62,749 bases of DNA, filler included, from Diploschistes diacapsis (GCA_023645945.1; 30 parts of 30 records of this genome joined end to end with filler, not necessarily neighbours in it), one strand, 5' to 3'; shown: positions 50,463 through 62,147, counted from the first letter of the whole stretch. Made by a program: numbers and translations. Notes: generated by a model not told the origin, from the letters alone.

Positions 50463-51049
50463 TAGGCTGGCCGTCACTGACACTGACACTGCGGTGTCCG
50501 TGTCACGGACACTGGCAGTGTCAGTATCAGTGTTTTAGATTTTTTAACTACGGTGTCCGTGTCCGTGTTTTCACTATAATGCAGTATCCGTGTTAATATC
50601 CGTGTTTTAAAAATTTTTATTACGGTGTCCGTATCCGTGTTTTTATTATAATGTAATATCCGTGTTCGTGTCCGTGCCGAAAATTTTTTTATTATAATAT
50701 CCGTGTCCGTGCATTTATCGAAATATTTTTAAATAATTTTAGAATTATTACGTTTATTTTTCACGCTTTTATTTTTTTTATAAAATTATACTGCGGTGTT
50801 TCCGTGAATCTATTATAAATTATAATGTCCGTATTAATGTCCGTGTTTTAAAAATTTTTACTGCGGTATCCGTATTCGTGTTTTTATTATAATATAATAT
50901 CCTTGTTAATGTCCGTGCTTTAAAAATTTTTACTACGGTGTCCGTGTCTGTACTTTCACCGCAATGTAATGTCCGTGTCAGTGTCCATGCCGAGAAAATT
51001 TTTGCTGCGGTGTCCGTGTCAGTGTCCGTGGCACGAAACGGCCAGCCTA
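50463..51049 (+). mobile_element. Complete 587-bp hAT-like MITE with 8-bp TSD ATTATATA
   Basis: ATTATATA|TAGGCTGGCCGT...ACGGCCAGCCTA|ATTATATA. Confidence 0.88.
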
Positions 51050-51308
51050 ATTATATAATCCTAACTTATCACGATTAGAAACTTTAAGCCGGTATAATTC
51101 GAAAACTTAATTTATCTAACGAAAACCCAATATATCCAAAATATGTATAATAAAATTACCGGTTTTATAAAGTAATAAGCTATAAGTACTACGATAAAAG
51201 CTCTTATCNNNNNNNNNNNNNNNNNNNNNNNNNNNNNNNNNNNNNNNNNNNNTTAATTAATTAANNNNNNNNNNNNNNNNNNNNNNNNNNNNNNNNNNNN
51301 NNNNNNNN

Positions 51309-52423
51309 CCGGCTAGATTATACGTATAGACCGCTTAACCTAGTATAATTTCGCGTTTTTTTTATTTTACGATGTCCCGGCTAGCTAAGTAATAGTATTC
51401 CGACAAAATATTATAGGCGACGTAGGAACGGATGAGAACCGAATCGTTAGTAGGGCGGTAAACGCCGAATTCTAGGGTTTTGGTACCCCAGAGGTTTTTT
51501 CTTTAGAGAAGACGCATAGTTAGTCCTACATGCCTTCCGAGGGATAGATTAGAGTAAGATTAAATAAATAAATATACATACGAATCAAATCTTCGATTTA
51601 CTTGCCGTACGCACGTTTTAAAGGGCCAAAACAACCGACATCCAACGACTAAAATATATAAAATAAATGAGCAAACATACGAAACGTTATAATCGCGTTG
51701 TCCTTACAATATTCCTCGAATTCGTACGAATGATGGCTTTTATAACCATTTAATATAATAAACGTTTAACATTCTTCGTACAGTCGCGAGTATGTTTATC
51801 GAAATACTTAATTCATTCTATATCGAGTTTATTAATAATCCAACCGTTCTCGCTAACTGCGATGGTCCAATAAGGTGATAATAGGCTGTCGCGATACTAT
51901 AACGTGTTTCACGGTCAGCTCGGCCACCCCCAAAGCTCGGCCACTTCACATTACCATATTCATTATTCTTTCAGTTTTTCTCGACAATAACCGCTTCGCA
52001 TCGAAACAACTCGATATTATTAAAATCGAATTATTACGATGCGAGGTAGTCATTATTGAAAAAAATCGAATGTAAGATAAAAATAGTGATTTAAGGTGGC
52101 CCGAATCTGGGGGTAGCCGGAATCCCCGTCAAACACGTTACAATAATTATGTAGTATTTATTTATTTATTTAATCTTACTCTAATCTATCCCTCAGGAGG
52201 TATATAAGACTAACTATGCGTCTTCTCTAAAGAAAAAACCTCTGGGGTATTAAAACCCTAGAATTCGGCGTTTACCGCCTTACTGACGATTCGGTTCCTA
52301 TCTATTCCTACGTCGCCTATGGTATCTCGTCGAAATGCTATTACTTAATTAATCGGAACATCGTAAAATAAAAAAGACGCGAAATTATATTAAGTTAAAC
52401 GGTTTGTGCGTATAATTTAATCG
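51309..52423. mobile_element. Two tail-to-tail copies (51309-51580 +, 52149-52423 -) of a probable Tad1-like LINE 3' end
   Basis: ~270-bp inverted repeat, each arm ending in (TAAA)n. The de-RIPed start reads GWIIRTDRLTQYNLA, like fungal LINE ORF2 C-termini. Confidence 0.55.
51902..52138 (+). mobile_element. 237-bp pogo-derived MITE with both TIRs and TA TSD
   Basis: TA|ACGTGTTTCACGG...CCGTCAAACACGT|TA. The left part matches the 33525 end and the right part matches the 55066 end. Confidence 0.85.
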
Positions 52424-52753
52424 AAAAAGATTCGGATTTTTTACGGGTTTATCGTTAATTATTTTTAATCCGATTTTTTTTAATATCTTAATTTTTTTCT
52501 ATTATATAAGATATAAAAAATAATTATATATCGAACCGTTTCTAATCCGCCGCTATAACGATATTTTTGTAACAGCGGGGGGAAGTGCCTAATAGGTAGC
52601 GCTATCCCACTGAGCCAAAATACTAACCACAATGCTTTCAGGAACCCCGAAGCNNNNNNNNNNNNNNNNNNNNNNNNNNNNNNNNNNNNNNNNNNNNTTA
52701 ATTAATTAANNNNNNNNNNNNNNNNNNNNNNNNNNNNNNNNNNNNNNNNNNNN

Positions 52754-53755
52754 AATTAGATATACGTAACATTAAAATCATCCGGGTTTATAAAAAATTA
52801 AATAATAAATAAAACGATCTTTACAACGTCTTACGAAAGATAAGCGAAATCGATTTCAAGCTAAACCTATTAACGTCGATAAAATAGTTTAAAACGTTTC
52901 ACGCGTCTTTATTTTTAAAAGACCCGTAAAATCTCTTAAAAGAATAGGCGCATTCTAGATTACTTCCGGTAAAAACAGAGGTTAAAAAAGAATAAGAACT
53001 CGAAAAGATCCTCGACGCCAAAAGAGGTCCCGGGCGAGAAATAAACGTCCAATATAAAATACGTTGGGTAAGATAATTAACCGACGATAACTGATATCCC
53101 GCCATTAACTTCGAAAATGCTCTCGATATCTTACGAAAGTTTTATTAATTAAATCCCGAAAAGGTGAAACCTTTATGACTAACAACGCCTAAGGATAGAT
53201 AATACACGCCAGTAAAGACTATAAACGGGGACGAATTTTTAAAATAAGGTAATATCGATTATCACGACGATCACGTTTCTTTATAAAATCTAAAAATAGG
53301 TTTAAATAAGGATGCCGTTAAAAAGGGTTTAAAAAGACGATAACATTTATTACGAAAAAATAATAAGTATCTTTTTAAATAAATTAACGAAAGAGATGAA
53401 GATCGAGATAAATATTAACTAAAAAAGCTATCATCGCGCTTATAAAAGATATAAACATCTAAAAAAGGGAATAATGAGACAGATCAGCCCAGGCGTGCTA
53501 AGCCACCAGGGTCACATGACGGGTACCAACCGTGCTAAGGATGTTAAGGGGTGGTTATGTAGGCGAGTAGGACCCGAACCCTGCAGGGCTGGTACTTACA
53601 TACTATTTATTCCTGCTACCTTTTTATTTAGATAGTTTCTTTTCTAGTTTTTCGAATCGAGACCTTTTACCTACAGATGTTTAGTTACACGTAATCCCTC
53701 CGGATCAGGCTTAGCCCCCGGTAGTGTAGTATCCCATACCTGCGCTGGCGTTTCA
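52754..53755 (+). mobile_element. Chromovirus (Ty3/gypsy) 3' end: integrase tail, chromodomain (~52990-53170), PPT, 3' LTR family 1 (53475-53755)
   Basis: E*ELEKILDAKR...VQYKIRWVR*LTDDN*YPAINFENALDILRKFY is a chromodomain whose Trp codons were mutated to stops. TFHASL lies upstream, and a purine tract precedes TGAGACAG...TTTCA. Confidence 0.88.
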
Positions 53756-54378
53756 CGATTATAAACTTCGGTCAAAAATCGCAAAAAACATAAGAATTAA
53801 CGAAACAAACCCTATGCATCTTAAATACGAAGAATAGAACGACCTCCACTACAAAAACAAGAAATATAAATACCACCACAACGAAACATATCTAACATAA
53901 AAACAAGTTATAAAAAAAGCCAAAACTTTTCAGTTATAAATCAAACTAAAGAACTATATATTATAAATATAAGCGCTAACACGCGAACTCAAATAAAACG
54001 GATTTAAACCGACCTAGAGATTAAATCAAAACGATATACCGTACGGATATTAATCGATCTAAATATTATTATAAACGCCATCTTAATCTTATATATNNNN
54101 NNNNNNNNNNNNNNNNNNNNNNNNNNNNNNNNNNNNNNNNTTAATTAATTAANNNNNNNNNNNNNNNNNNNNNNNNNNNNNNNNNNNNNNNNNNNNAACC
54201 CCGTAGGGCAGTAGGGCTGGCACCCAGACTATTTATTTGTGCCCTACTCCCACCTAGATAGTTCCTTCCTTACCTTTTCGAATCTGAACCATTCAGCCTA
54301 CAGATTGCAGCTACACGTGATCCTTCCAGATTAGGCCTAGTCCCTGGTTGTGTAGTATTCCTGTAGGGGCGTTCTTTA

Positions 54379-55066
54379 TAACGCGTAAAAAACGTTGTCG
54401 CGTTTCTGAAATCGAAAAGGATAAAGAGGAAAAGGATAGATTCGATTTAGATCGATTAGATTTTGATTGCGACGAATAGATTATATTTAAAAACCGTAGA
54501 ATGTTGGCGGTAGTGATTTGAGGTAGCCGAGCTTTGGGGGTGGCCGAGCTGACCGTGAAACACGTTAATTCTTTATTAAATATTATCGAATTACGAAAGA
54601 TTAATAAAGAATTTAATTAGACGTTGCGAGCTATTTCAAAATTAATTAATTCGATTCGACGTTATTCGACTTAAGTAATTCGTATGTTTAAATCGACGGA
54701 TATTAAATTCATAATGCTTCGTAAAGAAAACCGAAAGCAAAAAACGCTTTTTAATAATCGTAAAAAACGTAAATTAGGTAAACGAATCGAATTAAAAGAT
54801 CGTTTTATTCTTAATATATACGAAATTCTTAAAATCATAGCTCGGATTAAATCGAGTCGAATAGTTTCGAAACGATTTATAACGCGTAAAAAACGTCGTC
54901 GCGTTTTTAAAATCGAAAAAGATAAAGAAGAAAAGAATAGATTTAATTTAAGTCGATTAGATTCTGATTACGACGAATAGGTTATATCTAAAAACCGTAG
55001 AATGTTAGCGGTAGTGATTTGAGGTGGCCGGAATCTAGGGGTAGCCGGAATCCCCGTGAAACACGT
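54379..55066 (+). mobile_element. Two tandem pogo-type 3' ends (TIRs end at 54565 and 55066); transposase remnant ORF 54684-54980
   Basis: Homology to 8005-8301, with ACACGT + TA ends. Confidence 0.78.
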
Positions 55067-55357
55067 TATAAGCCAATTTCTTCGATATAGCCGAATTCCT
55101 TTACGATCGAAAGAAATTTGCCGTCACTGTCGTTGAACGTAACGAAAAATTACGTCTCGATTAAAAAAAAACTTTAAATGCAATTTCGACAGTTTACAAC
55201 TTAAATATGAAGGACGATATACTTTAACGTCTTTATTTCAAACGATAACTTATTAAAGACGATAAAAGAACTATCAGAATATTAACCTAAATAGGTTAAT
55301 CGGATTGCTTACTAAGCTTCTAGTATTAGAACGCCCCTACAAGAATAGGTACTACAC

Positions 55358-55539
55358 TAGGCTGGCCGTTTCGTACCACGGACACTGACACGGACACCGC
55401 AGCAAAAATTTTCTCGGCACGGATATTGACACGGATACTATGCTGTAATGAAAGCACGGATATGAATATTATAATTAAGATTTTTAAAACACGGATACTG
55501 ACACGGATAATATAATGTAATAAAAGCACGGACACGGAT
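55358..55539 (-). mobile_element. hAT-like MITE end inserted in the family 5 repeat
   Basis: TAGGCTGGCCGTTTCG begins where AGAACGCCCCTAC..ACTACAC is interrupted. Confidence 0.7.
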
Positions 55540-55639
55540 NNNNNNNNNNNNNNNNNNNNNNNNNNNNNNNNNNNNNNNNNNNNTTAATTAATTAANNNNN
55601 NNNNNNNNNNNNNNNNNNNNNNNNNNNNNNNNNNNNNNN

Positions 55640-56980
55640 GTCCCCCTCGTCCCCACCCTCTCTCTTCCTCTGATTCTTGTTCCTCCTCTCCTCCGCCTTC
55701 TTCGCCTTATTCAAACCCTCGCTCGCAGTCAGCATGTTCTGCATCGCTTCCGACACGCTCAGGATCCTTCTTCCTTTCCCCCCACCAGCGTCCTTGCTTC
55801 TGTCCATCTCCTCCTTCACCACCCTCTCGTGCTCGCCGATCATGTCCTTCGCCTTCTCAATCTTCACCCACCCTTCCTTCCGCACCTGCATCCAAACCCT
55901 CTCCTTGGCCGCCTCCTCGAGCTCTTTCCCCATCTCGGACACGACCTGCGCACGCATCCCGAGTTTGTGCTCCCTGTCCTCCCTCGCGTGGAGGGCGCGC
56001 AGCTGCGCCTCGAGACGCTTGTACTCGTCCATGCGGCGCTCGCCTCCGTCGCCACCGTCGGCGCCATAGGAAGCTTGTTGCTGGAGCGGGATGGAGACGA
56101 TGCCGGAGAAGACCTCTTCGACCTCGCGGGGGTCCTTGCCCATCTCGCGGGCGAACTGTTGCAGGGGGAAAGATTGGTAGAGGACGTCCGCCAGCCTGCT
56201 GTAGTGGGACGGCCGCCAGCTCCGGGGGGTCCATTGGGGGATCGGTGGGCTCGAGCATGTCCGGTCCGTCTCCGTGGCTTGCGTCGGCGGTGGAAGGCTT
56301 GCGGCCGCACCTTGCCCGTGATATGGGGGGCTTATGCCGGCATGTGTGGAACGCGACACGGCAAAAATGGGCGCAGAAAGACGTGACCGGCTCCAAGCAC
56401 CTCCTCCTCCTCCTCCTCCTCCTCCCTCCATCTTTATCCTCTTCCGCTGCTGCCCATCCTCCACCGCCTGCGCCGCTGGCCGCTTCGGCCGCGCACCTTC
56501 CGTACCATCCGTGCCTGTACCATCCGCACCACGGTCGTCCGGCAAGCAGAACGGCGCAGCACGAGCTTCCGCAGCCGCCGCCGCCGCCGTCGGTATCGGC
56601 CGCCAGCGCTTCGCCGCGCCCCGCGCCACCCGACGCACCTCCGTTATCTCCAGGCCCGGTGACTGCCTCCGCGCGCGCCGTGCCTCCGGGTCGACGACGA
56701 CCACGACGGGAGGCGCGCCCCGGGTCTGCGCGTCAGCAGGGTCGATCGGAGTGGTCTGCTGCTGCCGCTGGGTAGGCGCCGGTGGCTGGGGATCGCTGCT
56801 GAGAGGAGGAGGAGGAGGAGGAGGAGGAGGGGCTGCGGTTGCGCTTGGCGAGCGTCGACGGATGGCTGGCTGGACATGCGGACGAGTTCCTGGCGGGGGC
56901 AACGACGCGCCGGCGCGGTGTCGGACGGATGGTGCTTCGAGCGATAGGCTCCATGCTCCCGTGCTGGGATGCTGGAGGTG
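55640..56980 (-). CDS. Hypothetical protein, partial; Pro/Gly/Ala-rich N-terminal half, compact helical segment, charged coiled-coil-like C-terminal half
   Basis: One GC-rich frame is open across the whole contig (>440 codons). Ordered segment WRPSHYSRLADVLYQSFPLQQFAREMGKDPREVEEVFSGIVSIPL. Confidence 0.7.
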
Positions 56981-57792
56981 TNNNNNNNNNNNNNNNNNNN
57001 NNNNNNNNNNNNNNNNNNNNNNNNNTTAATTAATTAANNNNNNNNNNNNNNNNNNNNNNNNNNNNNNNNNNNNNNNNNNNNTATATAAACCACCGTATTA
57101 TTTAGTTCGCGAGATAGCCCATAATTCGATTTCTTATCTTTATAATAATTTTAGCTGACAAATATACATTCCCACGCGGGCTTTACTGCTTTGCATATGT
57201 GATTATTATCGCTCGTTACATATTTCACTATATGTAGGTGCGCAGCTGTGGCAGCGGTGGATCTATGACCCTATAGGTCACACTAAGGTCAGTTTAACTG
57301 AATTTATTGAACCTGAATTTAATAATTGAACTCTTACGTCTAGTAGTTCTTTTAATTTCCCTTAAGTTTATATCTTGTAATGTTCAGTCAGTGCTTTTTA
57401 AACTAAGATACATTATGCAGCTTCGATGCTGCCACGATAACATCGTTCATATAAAGGCCAATTAATGGCTTTTTGCCTCGCAAGATGAAAACCTATGATA
57501 GGAATAACCCGGTTTTTGAATAAGATATCTTTTATCTTGTTGGCTTTTTGGTCGAATATATTCAGTATTAATTTAATTAAACTTCGATGATTATCGAAAA
57601 TCGAGGAAGTTTAACGGCGGTTCGATTGAATTTCGATAATTAATAAATGGTCGAATAGGTTCAGCGGCGGTTTGGTTGAATTTCGATGCTTAATAATTGA
57701 TCGAATAATTCAATAACGGTTCAGTTAAATTTCGATTAATTATCGAGTAATCGAATCTGTTTAATAATATTTTAATTAAATCTCGATAGTTA

Positions 57793-57986
57793 TGTCAGCT
57801 ATAAGTCAAATTATTGAGTGTGTAGAAGATGCATTGCAAAAGCTATGGGGGCAATAGGCCCTTTATAGCTACTACGATAGCTACTAAGTGGGTGGATGCC
57901 CAACGGCATGTTCACCCATGGCGTCATGAGCGACGCCGGCGAGGGCAAGAGCAAGCGACACCCCCAGTAGCTCAATAGCTACTACA
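57793..57986 (-). mobile_element. LTR related to 3430-3625, with degenerate ~50-bp tandem repeats downstream (57570-57790)
   Basis: TGTAGTAGC...GCTGACA; shares GGCATC.ACCCACTT, GTAGCTATA and TTTTGCAATGCATCTT. Confidence 0.6.
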
Positions 57987-58103
57987 ATATCCACCAGGAT
58001 AAAAAGCTTATGTCCCCATAAGCTATAGTTCTAAACAGATATTAAATAAGCGAGATAAACCCTCGACATTTAATCCTAAAATATCCTAGAAATATCTCCT
58101 ATA

Positions 58104-58423
58104 ATGTGTTTGACGGGGAAGTGGGCCACTTTTGCCAAGAAATATTTTAAATCTTTAATAATTCTTCGAAATTAGCCGTTATTTTTATTTTTTTCGATAT
58201 ACTACTTTTCGATCATTTTTTTATTAGATTCAAAAAGTGCATATCGATTATGTCAGCCGTTAATTTTTCTAAGCGAATTAAAAATAACGACTTGAAGAAA
58301 CGGTTTTTTCAATTCATTAAAATCTGCGATAACGGATTAAAAAAATTTTTAACATATAATTACGAGCGATTCTATGCCGAAAAAAAGCCCTCCAATACTT
58401 TTCTTAAAATCAACGCATAAAAT
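58104..58423 (+). mobile_element. End of a second pogo-type family (the other copy is reversed at ~61560-61873)
   Basis: TA + ATGTGTTTGACGG TIR followed by CACTTTTGCCAAGAAATATTTT, a different body from the main family. Confidence 0.7.
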
Positions 58424-59034
58424 NNNNNNNNNNNNNNNNNNNNNNNNNNNNNNNNNNNNNNNNNNNNTTAATTAATTAANNNNNNNNNNNNNNNNNNNNN
58501 NNNNNNNNNNNNNNNNNNNNNNNCAAAACTATAGCTTTATATACGACTGCACCGATAAAAACTATAAAACTTATTTATATAATAACGATAGAATGGAAGA
58601 ACCACTATTAACAATATTAATAAAAAAAAGATAATTATATTAAGGATTTACTTCGCTTATCAAACGAGTTTATATACAAAATATAAATATCCTTTTTATT
58701 TCACAGATATAAACCCGAGGAATTATCGAGATAAAAAATGCATAATTTTAATATATCACGACTAAAAATTTAGAAACGGTATTGTTACGATCCAAGTGAC
58801 TAGGTGGTAGTCCACTTGGCACTCCACAGCTGATCGGGCATTACCTAACCACTCCTTGTATATAATCCAATCATGGTGACACCGGTCACGTAATGAATAG
58901 AAAGTTTTAGAAGCTATTCTACCCTTCTGTAGATAGAACGGGAGAACGGTAATTCTACCCATTTATTGATCTACTTTACTAAAAAGCAGTTGGTTATATA
59001 AGAATACCGTTATAACTTTTATAAATCGGGATAT

Positions 59035-59348
59035 TGAGACAGCCCAGCCCAGGGGCCTGTCAAGCTGGGCCTGCCAAGCTGGGCCTGCCAAGCCACGGCA
59101 GGGTTAATGCCCAGGTGCTTGCCAAGATACGGCAGGGTTAGGGGGTGGCTGTGTAGACGGGTAGTCTCCGAACCCCGGTAGGTCTGGCACCCACATTACT
59201 TAACGGTGCTTTTTTTCCATTTAGATAGTTTTTTCTTCAGTTTTTCGAATCGAGACCTTTTACCTGCAGATGCCCAGCTACACGTAATCCTTCCGGATCA
59301 GGCCCAGCCCCCGATAATGTAGTATCCCATTCCTGCGCTGGCGTTTCA
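59035..59348 (+). mobile_element. Solo LTR family 1 with 5-bp TSD GATAT, inserted in LTR family 3 (58783-59412)
   Basis: GATAT|TGAGACAG...GCGTTTCA|GATAT. The host LTR continues on both sides. Confidence 0.9.
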
Positions 59349-59412
59349 GATATATTTATTTTTATAAACATCTTTAGCGATTACTCGAGATTAATTTATA
59401 TTCGTTATTCTC

Positions 59413-59865
59413 TACATCACGAAAAGTTTTTCAAGCAAAAAAAATTTTCTGGCGAAAGTGCCTGTTTCGCGGGTTTCGCCCATTTCGCCAGCTTTCGCCA
59501 AAACGTTTGGCGAAACATGGCAAAACGGGCGAAACTGGCGAAACTGGCGAAACTGGCGAAACGGGCGAAACCTGGCGAAACTGGCGAAACTGGCGAAACC
59601 GGCGAAGATGGCGAGGCCAATCATTTTTATTACGTAATCAGAAAATAAAAAAATCCGCTAATTTAGCGCCGGATAACTAGCGTTTAAAACTCGCTAAAGC
59701 TCTCACGCCACGAATATCCACGCTTACGTAATATAAAATACGCCATTCTTAATATTTTCGCGACAATATATAGTACCTACTAAACCCCGTTAAATCCGAT
59801 ACCACTAGTACCAATAAACTCGAGTACTATTAATAATTTATTAACTTAGCGAAAATACTTTGTAT
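59413..59865 (+). mobile_element. End of an unclassified DNA element with 9-bp GGCGAAACT subterminal arrays (second copy 62380-62749)
   Basis: Both copies start YACATCRCGAAAAGTTTTTCAAGC and carry opposed TTTCGCC / GGCGAAA arrays. Confidence 0.65.
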
Positions 59866-59965
59866 NNNNNNNNNNNNNNNNNNNNNNNNNNNNNNNNNNN
59901 NNNNNNNNNTTAATTAATTAANNNNNNNNNNNNNNNNNNNNNNNNNNNNNNNNNNNNNNNNNNNN

Positions 59966-61307
59966 ATTAGAACCTTAGTTCTTGTAACTCGCGGTTAACT
60001 TCTTTTAAAACACCCGTATTATAAAAAGAAAAAATGATCGTATCGTTTACGTTATAAGCTTTATACGTGATCGCGCGTTCACTTAAATAAAACCGCATTT
60101 CCAAGTTTATCTAATAAAATAAAGAAACATAACCGGAATGTTTAAAAACTACGATAAATTCATAAAACAAATCAGACAAACCTTTAATATTACTAACGAT
60201 AGGAAATACGCGATCCGAGTTATCAAGATAATCGATTAAAAAAATCAATTTTAGAATATATAACAAAGTTTTAAGAATATTTTCAATAAATAGCTAAAAA
60301 GATGACGCCTGAATAGAAATGTATAAAAACGGCTTCAAGAAATCGATAAAAAATAAACTCATACGCAATTAAAATAAGATTAAAAATCTATCGGTACTTC
60401 AAGCTTGCTCTATCGTTGTAAATAACCGATTCTTTAATCGAGATTTAAAACGTCGTTTTAAGCGACGCGGGATTATTAAACTAAAATTCCGCTATCGTAC
60501 TATAAACACAAGGCGCGCTGTCTAGGGAGACTTCCCTTGCTGTAGTAGGTAGATAGTCGTAAGTGGTGTAGTAGGGAAATGTAGTATGATCCCGTAGTCA
60601 AGAACATAGCTAGGTAGGGAGTTTGTGAAATGTAGGATGCATGAATTGTCTAAAGCTACCTAGCAGGCCTCCTTAAATGGAACTGCCCTGAAGGGACCAC
60701 CCCCACCAAATCTACCGCCTACTTTTATATTTATATACGACCCCCCCTCAATAATTCGCTGCCCCATAACGAACTTTACTTCACGCAAACCTCATTAACA
60801 GGAAATCTCAATCCCGCCATCTTTTTATCCTAATATAGTTCTATACCTCTTTAATAACCTAAATACCCAGAAACTCATCCTCCTTAATATTCCTTCCTCG
60901 ATATAACTACATTCTCGAACATATTTTACAATACTTCATTCCCCCAAATACAATTAGACAAAAGGACGGTATCTATCCAAAATTATCCTTATCTTTTTCC
61001 GCATTCATATCATCCGTAAAAGTTCCATTAAACAAATACAACTAATAACACGTCCTATAACCTTTTTCCTCTTCCTTCACCTTCTTTCCTCTCGTCACGA
61101 CCAATAAGAAATCAATTATAAACAAATAAACAAAAAAACAAGCAAGAAGGTCTATCATAAAAAATCAAATAAGCAATAAAATATAAAGTAAATAAATCAA
61201 TATATAAAAAATAAACACGTAAATAAGAAAACACCTAATAAATAAACAGAAAAATAAACCTATTATAAATCTTTAAAGTTTTATAATACTAACTCCGACT
61301 CCTAATC
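59966..61307. mobile_element. Gypsy gag remnant (59966-60500 +) and LTR family 2 3' end (LTR 60735-60501 -, PPT, internal region)
   Basis: DRIVYVISFIRDRAFT*IKP..YDKFIKQIRQTF..MYKNGFKKSIKNKL resembles retrotransposon gag. The LTR is the reverse complement of 40027-40261. Confidence 0.72.
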
Positions 61308-62026
61308 NNNNNNNNNNNNNNNNNNNNNNNNNNNNNNNNNNNNNNNNNNNNTTAATTAATTAANNNNNNNNNNNNNNNNNNNNNNNNNNNNNNNNNNNNN
61401 NNNNNNNATACAGTTGTTATGTGGTCCTATTCTTTAAAATCAGTAGATTTAAAGATTTTTGGTAAACGACGGTTAGTTTTCGTTTAATCTAAATTGACTG
61501 AAAAATGATAAAAAACGTTACACAACCGCTGTATAACGTCGAAAAACCGTTTTTTAAAATTTTTATTGAAGTCTACGCATAAAACCGCTTATAATAATAT
61601 ATTTAAAAACATATTTTTGCTGCGTTATGACCGACTTTGAAAGATAAAATAATACGTGGTTTCGAGTCGTTATTTTCAATTCGCTTTAAAAGAATAACTG
61701 CTGACATAATCGATGTGCACTTTTCGGGTATGATAGATGATTGAGCTAATAGTAATCTTTCGAAAAAAAAATCAAAAATAACGATTAAATTCGAAGAGTT
61801 ATTAAAGATTTAAAATATTTCTTGGCAAAAGTGGCCCAGATAGGGGGGTGGCCGAGATGACCGTCAAACACGTTATAATAATATCGTTCACATAAAAATA
61901 ATATAATAACTTTCGGCCTCGTAAAATAAAAATATATAAATCATCATAAAATCGGACGAATCCCAAGTTTAGAATTATAATGCCGCATTTTTCGTGTTAA
62001 TTTTTAATTATTAATTTTGGGCTATA

Positions 62027-62075
62027 ACGTATGTGCATAGCGAGGGGACACTTATAGCGAACGCATACCTCTTAC
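62027..62075 (+). mobile_element. TIR of a third pogo-type family (second copy at 4203)
   Basis: TA + ACGTATRTGCATAGCGAGSGGACAYTTATAGCGAAC at two independent sites. Confidence 0.55.
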
Positions 62076-62147
62076 CCGATTTTACGAACTTTTAACTATT
62101 TTATTAATTTTCCACGCGTACGATTATTGTAAAGGTTAATACTACAG

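Larger units (their letters stand above)
1354..61407. other. 29 artificial contig-joining spacers (44 N + TTAATTAATTAA + 44 N = 100 bp each)
   Basis: Identical spacers start at 1354, 2807, 4260, 5713, 7165, 8617, 10069, 30937, 32389, 33840, 35291, 36741, 38191, 39640, 41088, 42535, 43982, 45428, 46874, 48319, 49764, 51209, 52654, 54097, 55540, 56982, 58424, 59866 and 61308. The 12-mer gives TAA stops in all six frames. Confidence 0.98.

Noticed and set aside
52990..53170. Alternative genetic code suggested by in-frame TAA/TAG/TGA in conserved domains
   Set aside because: These stops are confined to repeats and map to Trp/Gln codons via G>A or C>T changes. Host genes use all three stops normally.
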